From: an uncultured delta proteobacterium
Lineage (GTDB): Bacteria; Myxococcota_A; Polyangia; Fen-1088
Direction: 5' to 3'
DNA length: 64,000 nt
NCBI GenBank assembly: GCA_963796685.1
Contig: CAWCMR010000025.1
Span: forward strand, 224,001 to 288,000
This document shows positions 1 through 10,527 of this stretch, piece by piece (position 1 is the first letter of the stretch; the number at the start of each line of letters is the position of its first letter). The notes under the pieces are model-generated. The model had not been told where the DNA came from and did no database searches. It saw only the letters and a program-made list of their open reading frames with translations. The position numbers and the translations under genes are program-made.

Positions 1-573
1 CAAGTCGTCGTCTCGGCCTACCAGAGCAACGACCTGGTCTACTTCGACATTCACAACGAACCCTATGGGTACGGCAGCGCCTGGAACGATACCGCGGCCC
101 AATGGTTGACGGACTTCGCGACCGTACCCCGAGGCCGCGTGATCGTCGCCGGCACCGGCTACGACGACAACGTCGTCCCCGTAGGCCGCGACGCGCGCTT
201 CGCCGGATGCATCTTGCAACTCCATATCTACGGGTTCTGGCACGACACGTGGACGACCCAAAAGCAATGGAGCGACAGCATGACCTCGGCGCTCGGAAGC
301 TACCCCGCACGCACCCTCGTCGGCGAGTGGGGCGCGCCGATGACGACCGGCACCGATTACGGCGTGAGCAGCGACGGCGACGTGTTTCGCTCGTACGTCA
401 GAGCCGTGTCGGACATCATGCACGACGCCAGCATGGGAAGCTGCTATTGGCCGGGCCTGCGCAATGGCGACAGCTACTCCATGACCACGCTGAGCACGGG
501 CGGCAGTCCCCTGAGCCTGACGGTCACGAGCACCTCCGGGCTCGGCCGCCTGCAATGGGCCTGGCAACTGTAA
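1..573 (+). CDS. Glycoside hydrolase family 5 (cellulase family), 5'-truncated by the window edge
   Basis: Frame +1 is open from base 1: VYFDIHNEPYG (NEP acid/base), LHIYGFW and LVGEWGAP (nucleophile Glu) match the GH5 TIM-barrel pattern; stop TAA at 571-573. Confidence 0.8.
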   Translation, partial: QVVVSAYQSNDLVYFDIHNEPYGYGSAWNDTAAQWLTDFATVPRGRVIVAGTGYDDNVVPVGRDARFAGCILQLHIYGFWHDTWTTQKQWSDSMTSALGSYPARTLVGEWGAPMTTGTDYGVSSDGDVFRSYVRAVSDIMHDASMGSCYWPGLRNGDSYSMTTLSTGGSPLSLTVTSTSGLGRLQWAWQL

Positions 574-581
574 GAGATTGG

Positions 582-3515
582 CTACGAATCGGTGCTGCCG
601 TCGAAGACGCGCGCGATTGCTCGCCCGAGCGCTTCGACGGTGTAGGGCTTGGCAAGCCAGAACAGGCCCTTGCCGACAGCGAGCTCGGCCCGCTCGCTGG
701 GCGCGTGACCGCTGGCCACGATGGCCTTCTGGGCCGGGAATAGCCGCTGGATAAGCTCGAAAACCTGCAACCCGTCGAGCATTTCGCCCAGCACCATGTC
801 CATGATGACGAGATCGTATGGGCTCTTGCCAGTCTGCGCTGCCTGGTTGAACACCTCGTAAGCGTGCAAGCCACTTTGCGTGGTATCGACTTCGTAACCA
901 AGGTGGACGAGAATCCTTCGGCAAGTTTGCAGTTGGATGGATTCATCATCGACGATGAGGATCTTCGCCCGGCGACGGGGCGCCACCACGAGCGGCTCGC
1001 TGCCCTCCAGGACCGCCTGCACCAGGGGAAGATAGAGAGAAAAGGTCGTTCCCTTTCCGGGGACACTGGACACGTCGATGAAGCCCTCGTGCTCTTTGAC
1101 CACGCCGTGCACGATGGCCAGACCGAGCCCCGAGCCCGAGCTTTCGCCCACGCGCTTCTTGGTGAAGAATGGCTCGAAGACGCGCCCCAGCTCCTGGAGC
1201 TCGATGCCGCAACCATCGTCGGCCACCGTCAGCACCGCGTAGTGCCCCGCGGGAATGGCCTCGTAGCCTGCCGCGGGCCGGGCCAGGTGCTCGCGCCGGG
1301 TCTTGACCACGATCTCGCCTCGGCTCTGGATGGCGTCGATGGCGTTACGCACCAGGTTCCCAACCGCGCGCGCCAGCTGCGACTCCGAGCCCCGGACGGC
1401 TAGCGGCTCGGCGCAGTAGTCGACCACCACGCCGACGTGGGGGCTCTTGTCGCTGGCGAAGCGCAGAGAGCCTTCGGCCAAGCAGGACTTGACCACGCCG
1501 TTGAGATCGATGTTCTCCTTCATGGTCCTGCCCTGACGGCCCAGCGTGAGGAGGTCCTTGATGGTCTGGGCGGCGCGCAGGGACGCGGTCTTGATGATCT
1601 CGATGTCGGCGCGCAAGCCTCCCATGGCGTTGTCGTCCGTCTTCAACCGGTGGAGATCGTCGAGGATGAGATCGGGCAGCGCCACGAGTGGACCCAGGAC
1701 ATTGTTGAGATCGTGCGCCACGCCGCCGGCAAGAACGCTCAAGGCCTCCATCCGTTTCGTGGTGGCCAATCGCTCTTGGACGCTGCGTTCGTGCAACATG
1801 GTCTTCTGCACCAACTCCTGATGAAGACGAATGCTCCTCAACACCGCCGTGATCTCGTTGCGGAAGACCGCATAGCTGCGGACCCCGTCGGCGTAGTCGA
1901 AAGCGGCCACGCCGAGCAGCTGGGATTCGAATGCCAATGGGAATACCAGGAGCGTGCGACGCCGTTCGAGGGCCAAGGCACTCGGAGGCAACAGTCGGCT
2001 CGTGGAGAAGCTCGACGCTGGCAGCTTGAGGGCTTGCCCATCCACGAGACAGACCACCGGCACGAGCTCGCTGGCATCGGCGTCGGGAGCGCAAGACAAA
2101 AACGCCGTGCGAACACCCACCGCGGGGAACCCCTTGCGCAGGGTCTCCTCGAGCGACGAGAGATCGAAGGCGACGGAGGCTTGGTCGCCGAGGTTCAGCA
2201 GGGTCACATAGCTCTCCTCCAGGTTCAGGCGTTGTCGCGTTTGCGCGGTGGTGCTGGAGAGCGCGACCAGGTTCGTCCCTTCGTAAAAGGCGCGCTCGAG
2301 GTCGATGTCCGAGATGTCCGAGAGCTCGTCGCGCAGCCATCCGATCGCGTCCTGGAGCAGCTGATGATGTTCGTTGTCGTCGCCCAAGTCCTCGAGCAGG
2401 TCGCCCACCGCCTTCTGAAACCCCCGGTATTGTCCGCCGGCCCCGACGCGAAGGGATTCGATCAGTCGATGGCTGACCAGCGTTGCGTCCTCGGGGCGGG
2501 CATGGAGCGCGCCCGCGAGCCTCGCTCCCAGCGCGTCCATCCGATCTTGCCGATCTTGCCGACCTTGCAGATGCTGGTGTCGAGAAGACTCTTCGCTCTT
2601 CGCAGAGGCGTGGGCAGCTCTTGGATGCTGCTCGAATTCGCAACCGCATGAGCGGCGGCGGACGAAGCGGGAAGGCAGCGCGACGCAATCGGGGACCCGC
2701 TCGCCAGCGAGCTGGGCCACCACAGTCTCGACAGCCAGGGTCGCCATGCGATCGAAGGGCTGGCCCACGGTCGTCAGGGGTGGGCTTCCCAATCCCGCGA
2801 CCGGCAGGTCGTCGAAGCCGGTCACGGGGATATCTCGCGGTACCCGCCGACCCCACTTGCGCAAGGCTTCGATGGCTCCGATGGCCATGTTGTCGTTCGC
2901 AGCCACCACACCGTCGAAGTCGACCCCCGCGGCAAGCAGATCGTCCATGGCGCCGCGGCCCTGTTTGGGCATGAAATAGCCGCATGCCACGAGCACCGGA
3001 TCGAAGGGGATACCGTGTCTGGCGAGGACCTCCTTGTAGACCTCGAATCGCAGCTGCGCCTCGGGGTTCTGGGGGGTGCCGGAGAGAAACACGGGCCGGC
3101 GGACCCCGTGCTCGCGCACCAGGTGCTCGACCACGGCCTCCATGCCGCTTCGGTTGTCGAGCACCAGGCTGGGAATGCCCGGCAATGCCAGACCGACGCT
3201 ACACAGGTTGGCCGGCCGGTAGCTTTCCATCAAACGAGCGACGGGGTCCGGGCCGCAGAAGGCCGCGAGCATGCTCGACACGACGATGATTCCGTCGAAG
3301 ACGCCCGACCGCAGCGCTCGGAACAGGGTGTTGTCCGCCGCGCCCGTCGGACCTGGGGCGTCGAGAGGCCCACCGTAGAGCAGCAGCAGGTTGTGCCCGT
3401 CCTGGCGACACTTGGCATCGAGCGCCTCGCGCAGGTTGGCCTCGTAGCAACCCTCGAAAAAGTTGGCGTTGTCGATCAGGACCGCGATGGTTAGTCGTTT
3501 CGCCACAGCCTGCAC
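582..3515 (-). CDS. Cytoplasmic hybrid histidine kinase: LacI/PBP1-type sugar-binding domain + HisKA/HATPase + receiver
   Basis: N-terminus has LacI-type motifs VVAANDNMAIGA, VPRDIPVTGFDD and PPLTTVGQP. Kinase motifs: H-box LAGGVAHDLNN, N-box NLVRNAIDA, DDGCGI, FEPFFTKK, GSGLGL. C-terminal receiver ILIVDDE...VIMDMV. No obvious TM helix. Confidence 0.9.
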   Translation of the reverse strand: MQAVAKRLTIAVLIDNANFFEGCYEANLREALDAKCRQDGHNLLLLYGGPLDAPGPTGAADNTLFRALRSGVFDGIIVVSSMLAAFCGPDPVARLMESYRPANLCSVGLALPGIPSLVLDNRSGMEAVVEHLVREHGVRRPVFLSGTPQNPEAQLRFEVYKEVLARHGIPFDPVLVACGYFMPKQGRGAMDDLLAAGVDFDGVVAANDNMAIGAIEALRKWGRRVPRDIPVTGFDDLPVAGLGSPPLTTVGQPFDRMATLAVETVVAQLAGERVPDCVALPSRFVRRRSCGCEFEQHPRAAHASAKSEESSRHQHLQGRQDRQDRMDALGARLAGALHARPEDATLVSHRLIESLRVGAGGQYRGFQKAVGDLLEDLGDDNEHHQLLQDAIGWLRDELSDISDIDLERAFYEGTNLVALSSTTAQTRQRLNLEESYVTLLNLGDQASVAFDLSSLEETLRKGFPAVGVRTAFLSCAPDADASELVPVVCLVDGQALKLPASSFSTSRLLPPSALALERRRTLLVFPLAFESQLLGVAAFDYADGVRSYAVFRNEITAVLRSIRLHQELVQKTMLHERSVQERLATTKRMEALSVLAGGVAHDLNNVLGPLVALPDLILDDLHRLKTDDNAMGGLRADIEIIKTASLRAAQTIKDLLTLGRQGRTMKENIDLNGVVKSCLAEGSLRFASDKSPHVGVVVDYCAEPLAVRGSESQLARAVGNLVRNAIDAIQSRGEIVVKTRREHLARPAAGYEAIPAGHYAVLTVADDGCGIELQELGRVFEPFFTKKRVGESSGSGLGLAIVHGVVKEHEGFIDVSSVPGKGTTFSLYLPLVQAVLEGSEPLVVAPRRRAKILIVDDESIQLQTCRRILVHLGYEVDTTQSGLHAYEVFNQAAQTGKSPYDLVIMDMVLGEMLDGLQVFELIQRLFPAQKAIVASGHAPSERAELAVGKGLFWLAKPYTVEALGRAIARVFDGSTDS

Positions 3516-3556
3516 CGGCCAGCCTTCAGCCTTCTCGCAAACTTGGAGGGTATTTT

Positions 3557-3577
3557 AGATGTCATATTATGATATCT
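3557..3577. promoter_or_regulatory. Near-perfect palindrome in AT-rich upstream region (candidate operator)
   Basis: AGATGTCATA-T-TATGATATCT (10-bp arms, one mismatch), about 40 bp upstream of the hybrid kinase start, in an AT-rich patch within a high-GC background. Confidence 0.45.
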
Positions 3578-3637
3578 TGCTTACATTATTATAAGCACCG
3601 AACCACTTCTCTCGCTACAGCAAAAATAGGGATTCGG

Positions 3638-5023
3638 TCAATTGAAGGACATGCAATCGCCGCCGCAGCCGTTTGCTGGCGGGGTTCCTTGGTCGCACAG
3701 CTCGCCTCCATCCAGAATTCCGTCGCCGCAGCGAGGGATGGTGCAGTCGCGCCGGCACACACCGGGCGAATTGTACGCCTTGATGGTCAGCGGCTGGCCG
3801 AGGTCGAGATTGACCACCGAGCCATCGCTTTGCACCCAGGTCCAGGTGGAAATCCCATCGATGAACGAGGGATCGATGGTTATTTCCCAATCACCAGGAA
3901 AGGGCAGTCCGGAAAGCGCTCCGCCATCCGAGTTGTTGGTGAACTTCCAAAATCCCGTCGCGTCGGTCGGCGAGGTCATCAGCAATTCGTCCGGATCATC
4001 GGACACGGCCACGGTCGTCGTGCCGGGTAGTCCGCTGAACAACATCTGCACGTGCGATGTGGGTTGCGCCAGGCCGGTACTGTCCTGGTCCACACCATGG
4101 ACCACGACCAAGCTGAGGGCGAGCGTGGAGGTGTCGAGGTAGAGCAGAATCCGACTTACCCCGACTTGCTCGAGGCCCGTGTGCGCGCTGGCTGAGGAGT
4201 AACCGTAGTAGTCCTCGACGGAATAGGATCGCATGTTGGGCACCGCTGCGAAGCCCTGGCCAGACTGGGTGACCCAGAAGGCCGGCACGGTCTCGTTGCC
4301 GGCGCCCAGATCGCATTGTTCGCCCGGGTCAATGATCCCGTCTCCGCAGGATCCACCCGTACCGACGGTCCCGCCCGAGGTCGTCGCGCCCCCGGTGGAG
4401 ACCGCACCGCCTGAAGCGCGCGATCCCCCAGTGCCGAGCGCGCCTCCCGAATACCCTCCGGAGCCCGTATGGCCCCCGCTGCCAAGCGATCCACCGGTCG
4501 ATGAGGTGCCGCCGTGCCCAACCACTCCGCCGCTCGCCATGGTCCCGCCCGAATGGGAGACCCCGCCGCTGCCAATCCCACCGCCCACTCCGCTGCCGCT
4601 GGTGGCGTGCGTCCCGCCCGTCGCGGAGGCGCCGCCCGTGCGGCTCGTACCCGCGGTCCCCGCAACGCCGCCCGTACCTGCCCGCCCGCCGGTTGCCATG
4701 GAGCCTCCGAAGGCCGGAGCGCCACCGCTACCCGGCACCGACCCACCTGCGCCAGGGATCGTGCCATCCGTGCGACCGCCAGTTCCGTTCAACCCGCCGC
4801 CGAAACCGCCGGTCCCCTGTGGTCCATTGCCGCTGCCGCTCGCATCGACGGCACGCTGCTTGACCAGCGAGCTCCGCCCACACCCGACCGCTGCGACGCA
4901 CAGGATGGTGGCAAGCAAGCCGCAGGCGCGCACAGGCCAAAGGCCATCACTAGACGCGGAGCGTCGCGACGGCCAAGGTTGCCATGATGACGAGTTCGAA
5001 CCTCTTCGCGTGTTTGCGAACAT
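3638..5023 (-). CDS. Lipoprotein with Gly/Ser/Thr linker and myxococcal disulfide (DUF4215-type) repeats flanking a beta-rich domain
   Basis: GGAGG RBS before ATG; lipobox AAVGC; long GGT/GGS linker; CGDGIIDPGEQCDLG and CGDGILDGGELCDQG motifs. Confidence 0.75.
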   Translation of the reverse strand: MFANTRRGSNSSSWQPWPSRRSASSDGLWPVRACGLLATILCVAAVGCGRSSLVKQRAVDASGSGNGPQGTGGFGGGLNGTGGRTDGTIPGAGGSVPGSGGAPAFGGSMATGGRAGTGGVAGTAGTSRTGGASATGGTHATSGSGVGGGIGSGGVSHSGGTMASGGVVGHGGTSSTGGSLGSGGHTGSGGYSGGALGTGGSRASGGAVSTGGATTSGGTVGTGGSCGDGIIDPGEQCDLGAGNETVPAFWVTQSGQGFAAVPNMRSYSVEDYYGYSSASAHTGLEQVGVSRILLYLDTSTLALSLVVVHGVDQDSTGLAQPTSHVQMLFSGLPGTTTVAVSDDPDELLMTSPTDATGFWKFTNNSDGGALSGLPFPGDWEITIDPSFIDGISTWTWVQSDGSVVNLDLGQPLTIKAYNSPGVCRRDCTIPRCGDGILDGGELCDQGTPPANGCGGDCMSFN

Positions 5024-5183
5024 TGGGTTCCTCCAATAGCCACAACCTTCCCGGCCAACAGCTCCTGCTTATCACAATTGCGCGGCCGCTGACAGGCGCA
5101 CATGATTCCCAGGTCATGGTTCGCGAGCCGTTTCCGCGGGGACGAGCGACAGCCAAGCTGAACCTCAGGATGGAGTTGAACCG

Positions 5184-5485
5184 ATGACTCGACAATCAGG
5201 CTGGGCATTGCATCTCGCGATGGCTGGAATTCTGGGCCTCTTGGGCGGTTGTAGCCGCTCGGGACAAGCCGCATGCTGTTGACGTGGAAGTCTGGTTCGT
5301 CGCTGGCCGCGCAGGTGTACGACTCGGGCACCGGAGACAGCGTTGGCTCCCCATTCACCATCGCCGTACCCGATCATCCCTGGCAGTCCTGGAAACCGTT
5401 CCCCGACGGCAGCGTGGCCTACGCGGCGGTCGGCTCGGCGTCGAGCACGATTCAGATCGCGCGGGTCATGCCCTGCTCGGATTAG
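5184..5485 (+). pseudogene. Internally deleted lipoprotein remnant (signal peptide joined out of frame to a C-terminal fragment)
   Basis: GGAG + ATG at 5184 encodes MTRQSGWALHLAMAGILGLLGGCSRSGQAACC* (lipobox LGGC). An overlapping frame from about 5261 gives GTSRMLLTWKSGSSLAAQVYD...PDGSVAYAAVGSASSTIQIARVMPCSD*, which reads like a real protein C-terminus. Confidence 0.55.
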
Positions 5486-5644
5486 TGCCGGTCAAGACCT
5501 GCAAGACCTGATCGTCCGCCGCGTTGACGACCGTCTGCGGCCATCGCGGGACGTGGGCCTGGCCTGGGGTGTGGCGATTCGCCCCGCGAGACAATCGGCC
5601 ACAGGCCAAAGCGTGGCAGAGCCGTGGTTTCTCGGGCAAGCCAG

Positions 5645-5660
5645 CGGCATGGGCAATGCA
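5645..5660 (+). promoter_or_regulatory. Candidate sigma54 (-24/-12) promoter
   Basis: CGGCATGGGCAATGCA has exact GG-N10-GC spacing about 60 bp upstream of ATG 5720; a sigma54 activator gene lies nearby. Confidence 0.4.
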
Positions 5661-5719
5661 GACGCGAATGCCGTGTTCCCATGAAGACAACGGCTGTGTT
5701 TCGGAAACCGGGGCGAGGC

Positions 5720-6451
5720 ATGAACGCGCGCGTCGTCGGGCTCGCATTGCCTGCCGTGCTCTTGATGCCGGCTTGCCAGCCGAAACCGCAGCAACAGCCC
5801 CAACCGCAAATCTTGCCCGAGCCGCAGCCGATGGTCACGGACGACAAGAAAATCATCGAGCTCACCGAAATGATGCGAAAGCGAGCCCTCGACGCTCCGG
5901 GCGGCGTCAGCGAGGCTCTGGATTTCGCCGACTACGTGACCCTGCTCTTCAGCCGCGGGATCTCCGAGCGCCGATCGGTTCCACCGGCGCTGGTGGACGA
6001 GGCGGTGGCCTGCTTGCAGCGCGCGCAGGAAGACCACCCCGACGCCACGGCCGACCTCCTGGCGGACAAGGGCCAGCTGTTGCTTGCGGCGGGCAAGACC
6101 GAACCAGCGGCGAGTGCCCTGCGTGAGTCCATCGCCGTTCATCCCAACCTGGGCGCCTTTACCCCGCTCGCGAAGCTCTATGCGGCCGAGGGGCGATCCG
6201 CCGAGATCGTGGTCTTGTGCAAGAAGACCTTGCCCGTGATGAAGTCCGAAGAGAGTCGGTACGCGGTGCTTGACGACTGCCTGAAATACAGTGGAGCGAA
6301 CACACCCGAGGTCGGCCTGCGATGGGCTCCGCACCGGGAGGTCTCGTTTTACAAGGTCAGGCATCGCGAATTGGAAGCCTTGGCGGCAGCGCGGCAGCTA
6401 CGGGAAAGGCCGGAGGCTACCGGAGAGCAGAAGCGAATCTCGAAGCGCTAG
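5720..6451 (+). CDS. TPR-like helical lipoprotein
   Basis: MNARVVGLALPAVLLMPAC lipobox, Pro/Gln linker, TPR-like helices (LLADKGQLLLAAGKTEPAASALRESIAVHP). Confidence 0.65.
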   Translation: MNARVVGLALPAVLLMPACQPKPQQQPQPQILPEPQPMVTDDKKIIELTEMMRKRALDAPGGVSEALDFADYVTLLFSRGISERRSVPPALVDEAVACLQRAQEDHPDATADLLADKGQLLLAAGKTEPAASALRESIAVHPNLGAFTPLAKLYAAEGRSAEIVVLCKKTLPVMKSEESRYAVLDDCLKYSGANTPEVGLRWAPHREVSFYKVRHRELEALAAARQLRERPEATGEQKRISKR

Positions 6452-6454
6452 TCG

Positions 6455-7972
<1,518 letters not shown>

Positions 7973-7997
7973 GCGCCTGACGGTAACATGAGGATCC

Positions 7998-9797
7998 GTG
8001 CCCGCGCCAACGAACATCGCCCCTTCCGCCAGCCCCCGTTTGCTGGGCGCCATCGGCGTGGGCCTCGCGGCCTTCGTGGCCTATGTCCTTTGCGCCACGC
8101 CGGCCGCCTACCCGCTCGATTCGGCCGAGCTGGCCACCGCGGCCTTCGGCCTGGGCGTCGCCCACCCACCCGGCGAGGAGATCAGCCTGCTTGGGGCCAA
8201 GCTGTTCACCTTTCTGCCCCTCGGCAGTGTCGCCTTCAAAGTGGCCCTGTCCCAGGCCGCGGCCGGCGCGCTGGCGGCGGTGCTCGTCTTCCTGCTCGTG
8301 CTCGAAGCGTCGGAGACCCTGAGCTTTCTGACCGAAGCCATCGGCGAGAAGACGCGCGTCGTGGTGGCCGCGGCCACGGCCCTCGCCTTCGCCTATGCCC
8401 CGGGCGTCGTCATCGTGAGCGATCGCCCCGAGGTCTACGCGGTGCAAACCGCGCTGTCGCTGGGTGCCTTGTGGCTGGCCTTAAGGGCCCGCGCGAGCGG
8501 CGACCCGCGGCCGGCGTTCGTGGCTGCTCTTCTGATTGGGCTCGGCGTGGGCAACCACTCGCTGGTCGCGGGCCTGGTCGGCGTTGGCGCCGTGGCCGCC
8601 GCGTTGCCCTTGCTCGCGCGGTCCAGCTCGCGTACCCGACTGCTGGCGCTTTCTCTCGCCGGTTTCACGGTTGGGCTCGTCGTGCACGCCTATCTTCCCT
8701 TGCGCGCGGGCGCCCTGTTCGCATCGGCGGATCGTGGCCTGGACAACGTCGTGTGGGGGGACGCCCGCACCTGGCATGGATTCTGGTGGGTGGCGTCCGC
8801 GCGAACCTTCGCCGAAAAGACCGCGGTCGTGCACGGCAACGCCTCGCCCTGGGATCTCCCCTTTCTGCCCATCGAGGAGCTGGGAATGCTCTTCGCGCTC
8901 CTGGCCCCGGCGGGCGCGTATTTTCTGCTGCGCCGGGCGGCCTCGCGCGTGGTCGGCGTGGCGCTCCTGCTCGGCGCTGCGGGCTCGATGGCGGCGGGGC
9001 TCGTGGGCGGGCTGGACCCGACCAATCCCGATATTCGCGGCTACCTCGGGCCTGCCATGGCTCTCATCGCAGTCCTTTCCGGCGTCGCCATCGGTGTCGG
9101 AGCCGCCTTCTTTCGCGCACGCCGGCTGCGCGCCATCCTGATGCTCGTCTTTCTGGCGGGAGCGCTTTCGCGATTCCCCTCGCCGGCGCGGTATCCGGGA
9201 CTTCGCGACGCGCGCGCCGCCGACTTCGAGGCCCGTGCCATGCTCGACGATCTGCCTCCGCGCGCGGCTGCGTTCACCTACCATTTCGAGACCGGCTTTC
9301 TCATCGGCTATGAGCGATTCGTCGAGGGCGCACGGCCCGATGTCGCGTGGACGCACTTGGCCTTCGTGGCCGGCCCGGGCTACGCCGGGCGCGTGGTCGC
9401 GGCCCGGCCCGAGCTCGGCCCCGTCATCGACGCGGCCCTTCGCCACACCGGACTGGCCGAGCAACTGACCAAGCTCGACGAAACACGCCCCGTGCGCATC
9501 GAGCCCGACGCCGTCACGCCGCCCGAGATCCGGCGAATGCTCGGGCCCGCTGGCGAGTGGTGGACGCTGGCGAAGGACACCTCGCCCGCGGCAATGGCGC
9601 GCTTGCCGGCTTGGGTGCTGGCCGAGTCCGCGTACGATCCGCAAGTGCGCGGCTACCTGGCCTGGCGCAACTACATCGACGCGGTCTGGTCGTGCGAGCT
9701 GGGCTTCGCCGAGCGCGCAAGAGAGCGCTTCGCCGAGCTGGAACGGCTGGTTCCAGGCGACACGCGTTTCCGCGCCTTGCGTGCCACGTGCCATTGA
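7998..9797 (+). CDS. DUF2723 / TMEM260-like GT-C membrane protein (putative protein O-mannosyltransferase-like)
   Basis: N-terminal DSAELATAAFGLGVAHPPG signature, EVYA loop, LGVGNH, YLPLRA, many TM helices. Confidence 0.8.
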   Translation: MPAPTNIAPSASPRLLGAIGVGLAAFVAYVLCATPAAYPLDSAELATAAFGLGVAHPPGEEISLLGAKLFTFLPLGSVAFKVALSQAAAGALAAVLVFLLVLEASETLSFLTEAIGEKTRVVVAAATALAFAYAPGVVIVSDRPEVYAVQTALSLGALWLALRARASGDPRPAFVAALLIGLGVGNHSLVAGLVGVGAVAAALPLLARSSSRTRLLALSLAGFTVGLVVHAYLPLRAGALFASADRGLDNVVWGDARTWHGFWWVASARTFAEKTAVVHGNASPWDLPFLPIEELGMLFALLAPAGAYFLLRRAASRVVGVALLLGAAGSMAAGLVGGLDPTNPDIRGYLGPAMALIAVLSGVAIGVGAAFFRARRLRAILMLVFLAGALSRFPSPARYPGLRDARAADFEARAMLDDLPPRAAAFTYHFETGFLIGYERFVEGARPDVAWTHLAFVAGPGYAGRVVAARPELGPVIDAALRHTGLAEQLTKLDETRPVRIEPDAVTPPEIRRMLGPAGEWWTLAKDTSPAAMARLPAWVLAESAYDPQVRGYLAWRNYIDAVWSCELGFAERARERFAELERLVPGDTRFRALRATCH

Positions 9798-9948
9798 AAT
9801 GGAAACCCTGAGAGGGTTTCCATACCTTCCCGCGCTCTGGCTCCGCCGGCAAAGCCCGGCTTCGCCTACGGTTGAAATGGAAACCCTGAGAGGGTTTCCA
9901 TACCTTCCCGCGCTCTGGCTCCGCCGGCAAAGCCCGGCTTCGCCTACG
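9794..9948. repeat. Tandem 78-bp REP-like palindromic unit, two identical copies
   Basis: TTGAAATGGAAACCCTGAGAGGGTTTCCATACCTTCCCGCGCTCTGGCTCCGCCGGCAAAGCCCGGCTTCGCCTACG at 9794 and 9872; internal hairpin ATGGAAACCCT-GAG-AGGGTTTCCAT. A diverged partial copy lies at about 10297-10358. Confidence 0.9.
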
Positions 9949-9953
9949 CGTTC

Positions 9954-10283
9954 ATGGGAACCCTAGCCTGAAACACCTCGCCCCGCGTAGCGAAGCGAAG
10001 CGGGCGAGGGCGCGGCGAAGCCGCGGGGGCAGGGGCAGGGTGTGTAGGACCCGAAGTGCCCGCAAGGCTGAGAGGTCGCCGAGCGCAGCGAGGCGGGTGG
10101 GCATCGGTCTGTCGTGCCGTTGAATCTCGTCGTGCTCCTTCGCCTTTGGGGGCGAGCGTAGCCCAGCTTTGCTGGGCGAAGCGAGGGGGGACCGGGGGAC
10201 TGCGAGCGAGAGCGAGCCAGTCCCCCGTAAGATACAAGGGGCTGTCACGTTCCATGCCTGAAGGATCCGGGCCTTCGACCCGG
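9954..10283. repeat. Composite dispersed palindromic repeat, expanded copy
   Basis: Shares three collinear blocks with 17451-17567 (ATGGGAACCCT..CCTGAAACACCTCGCCCCGCGT; AGGTCGCCGAGCGCAGCGAGGCGGGTG; GTCACGTT..GCCTGAAGGATCCG.GCCTTCG.CCCG), separated here by two extra hairpin-rich inserts. Confidence 0.85.
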
Positions 10284-10527
10284 CGGCGCTACTGGAAGGG
10301 TTTCCATACCTTTCCGCGATGGTTCGCGCCGAGCAAAGCTCAGCCGCTCCCCACGCGACTGATATGGAAACACGGGCGCTGGCCGCCAACGAGATCGCCG
10401 CTCTTATTGCCCAGAAGTGGGCGGCGAACGCCGACGAAAGTTGCGCACCGATCATCGGGTAACGCTCGGCGGCCCTTCCGTGTTAGCCTTGGGGTAGTTT
10501 CGCTTCGACCGTGAGCTTGCCTCGATC

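Noticed and set aside
9794-9948. Possible CRISPR array (palindromic repeat containing TTGAAA)
   Set aside because: Only two units, the would-be spacers are identical, and there are no cas genes; it fits a REP-like tandem duplication.
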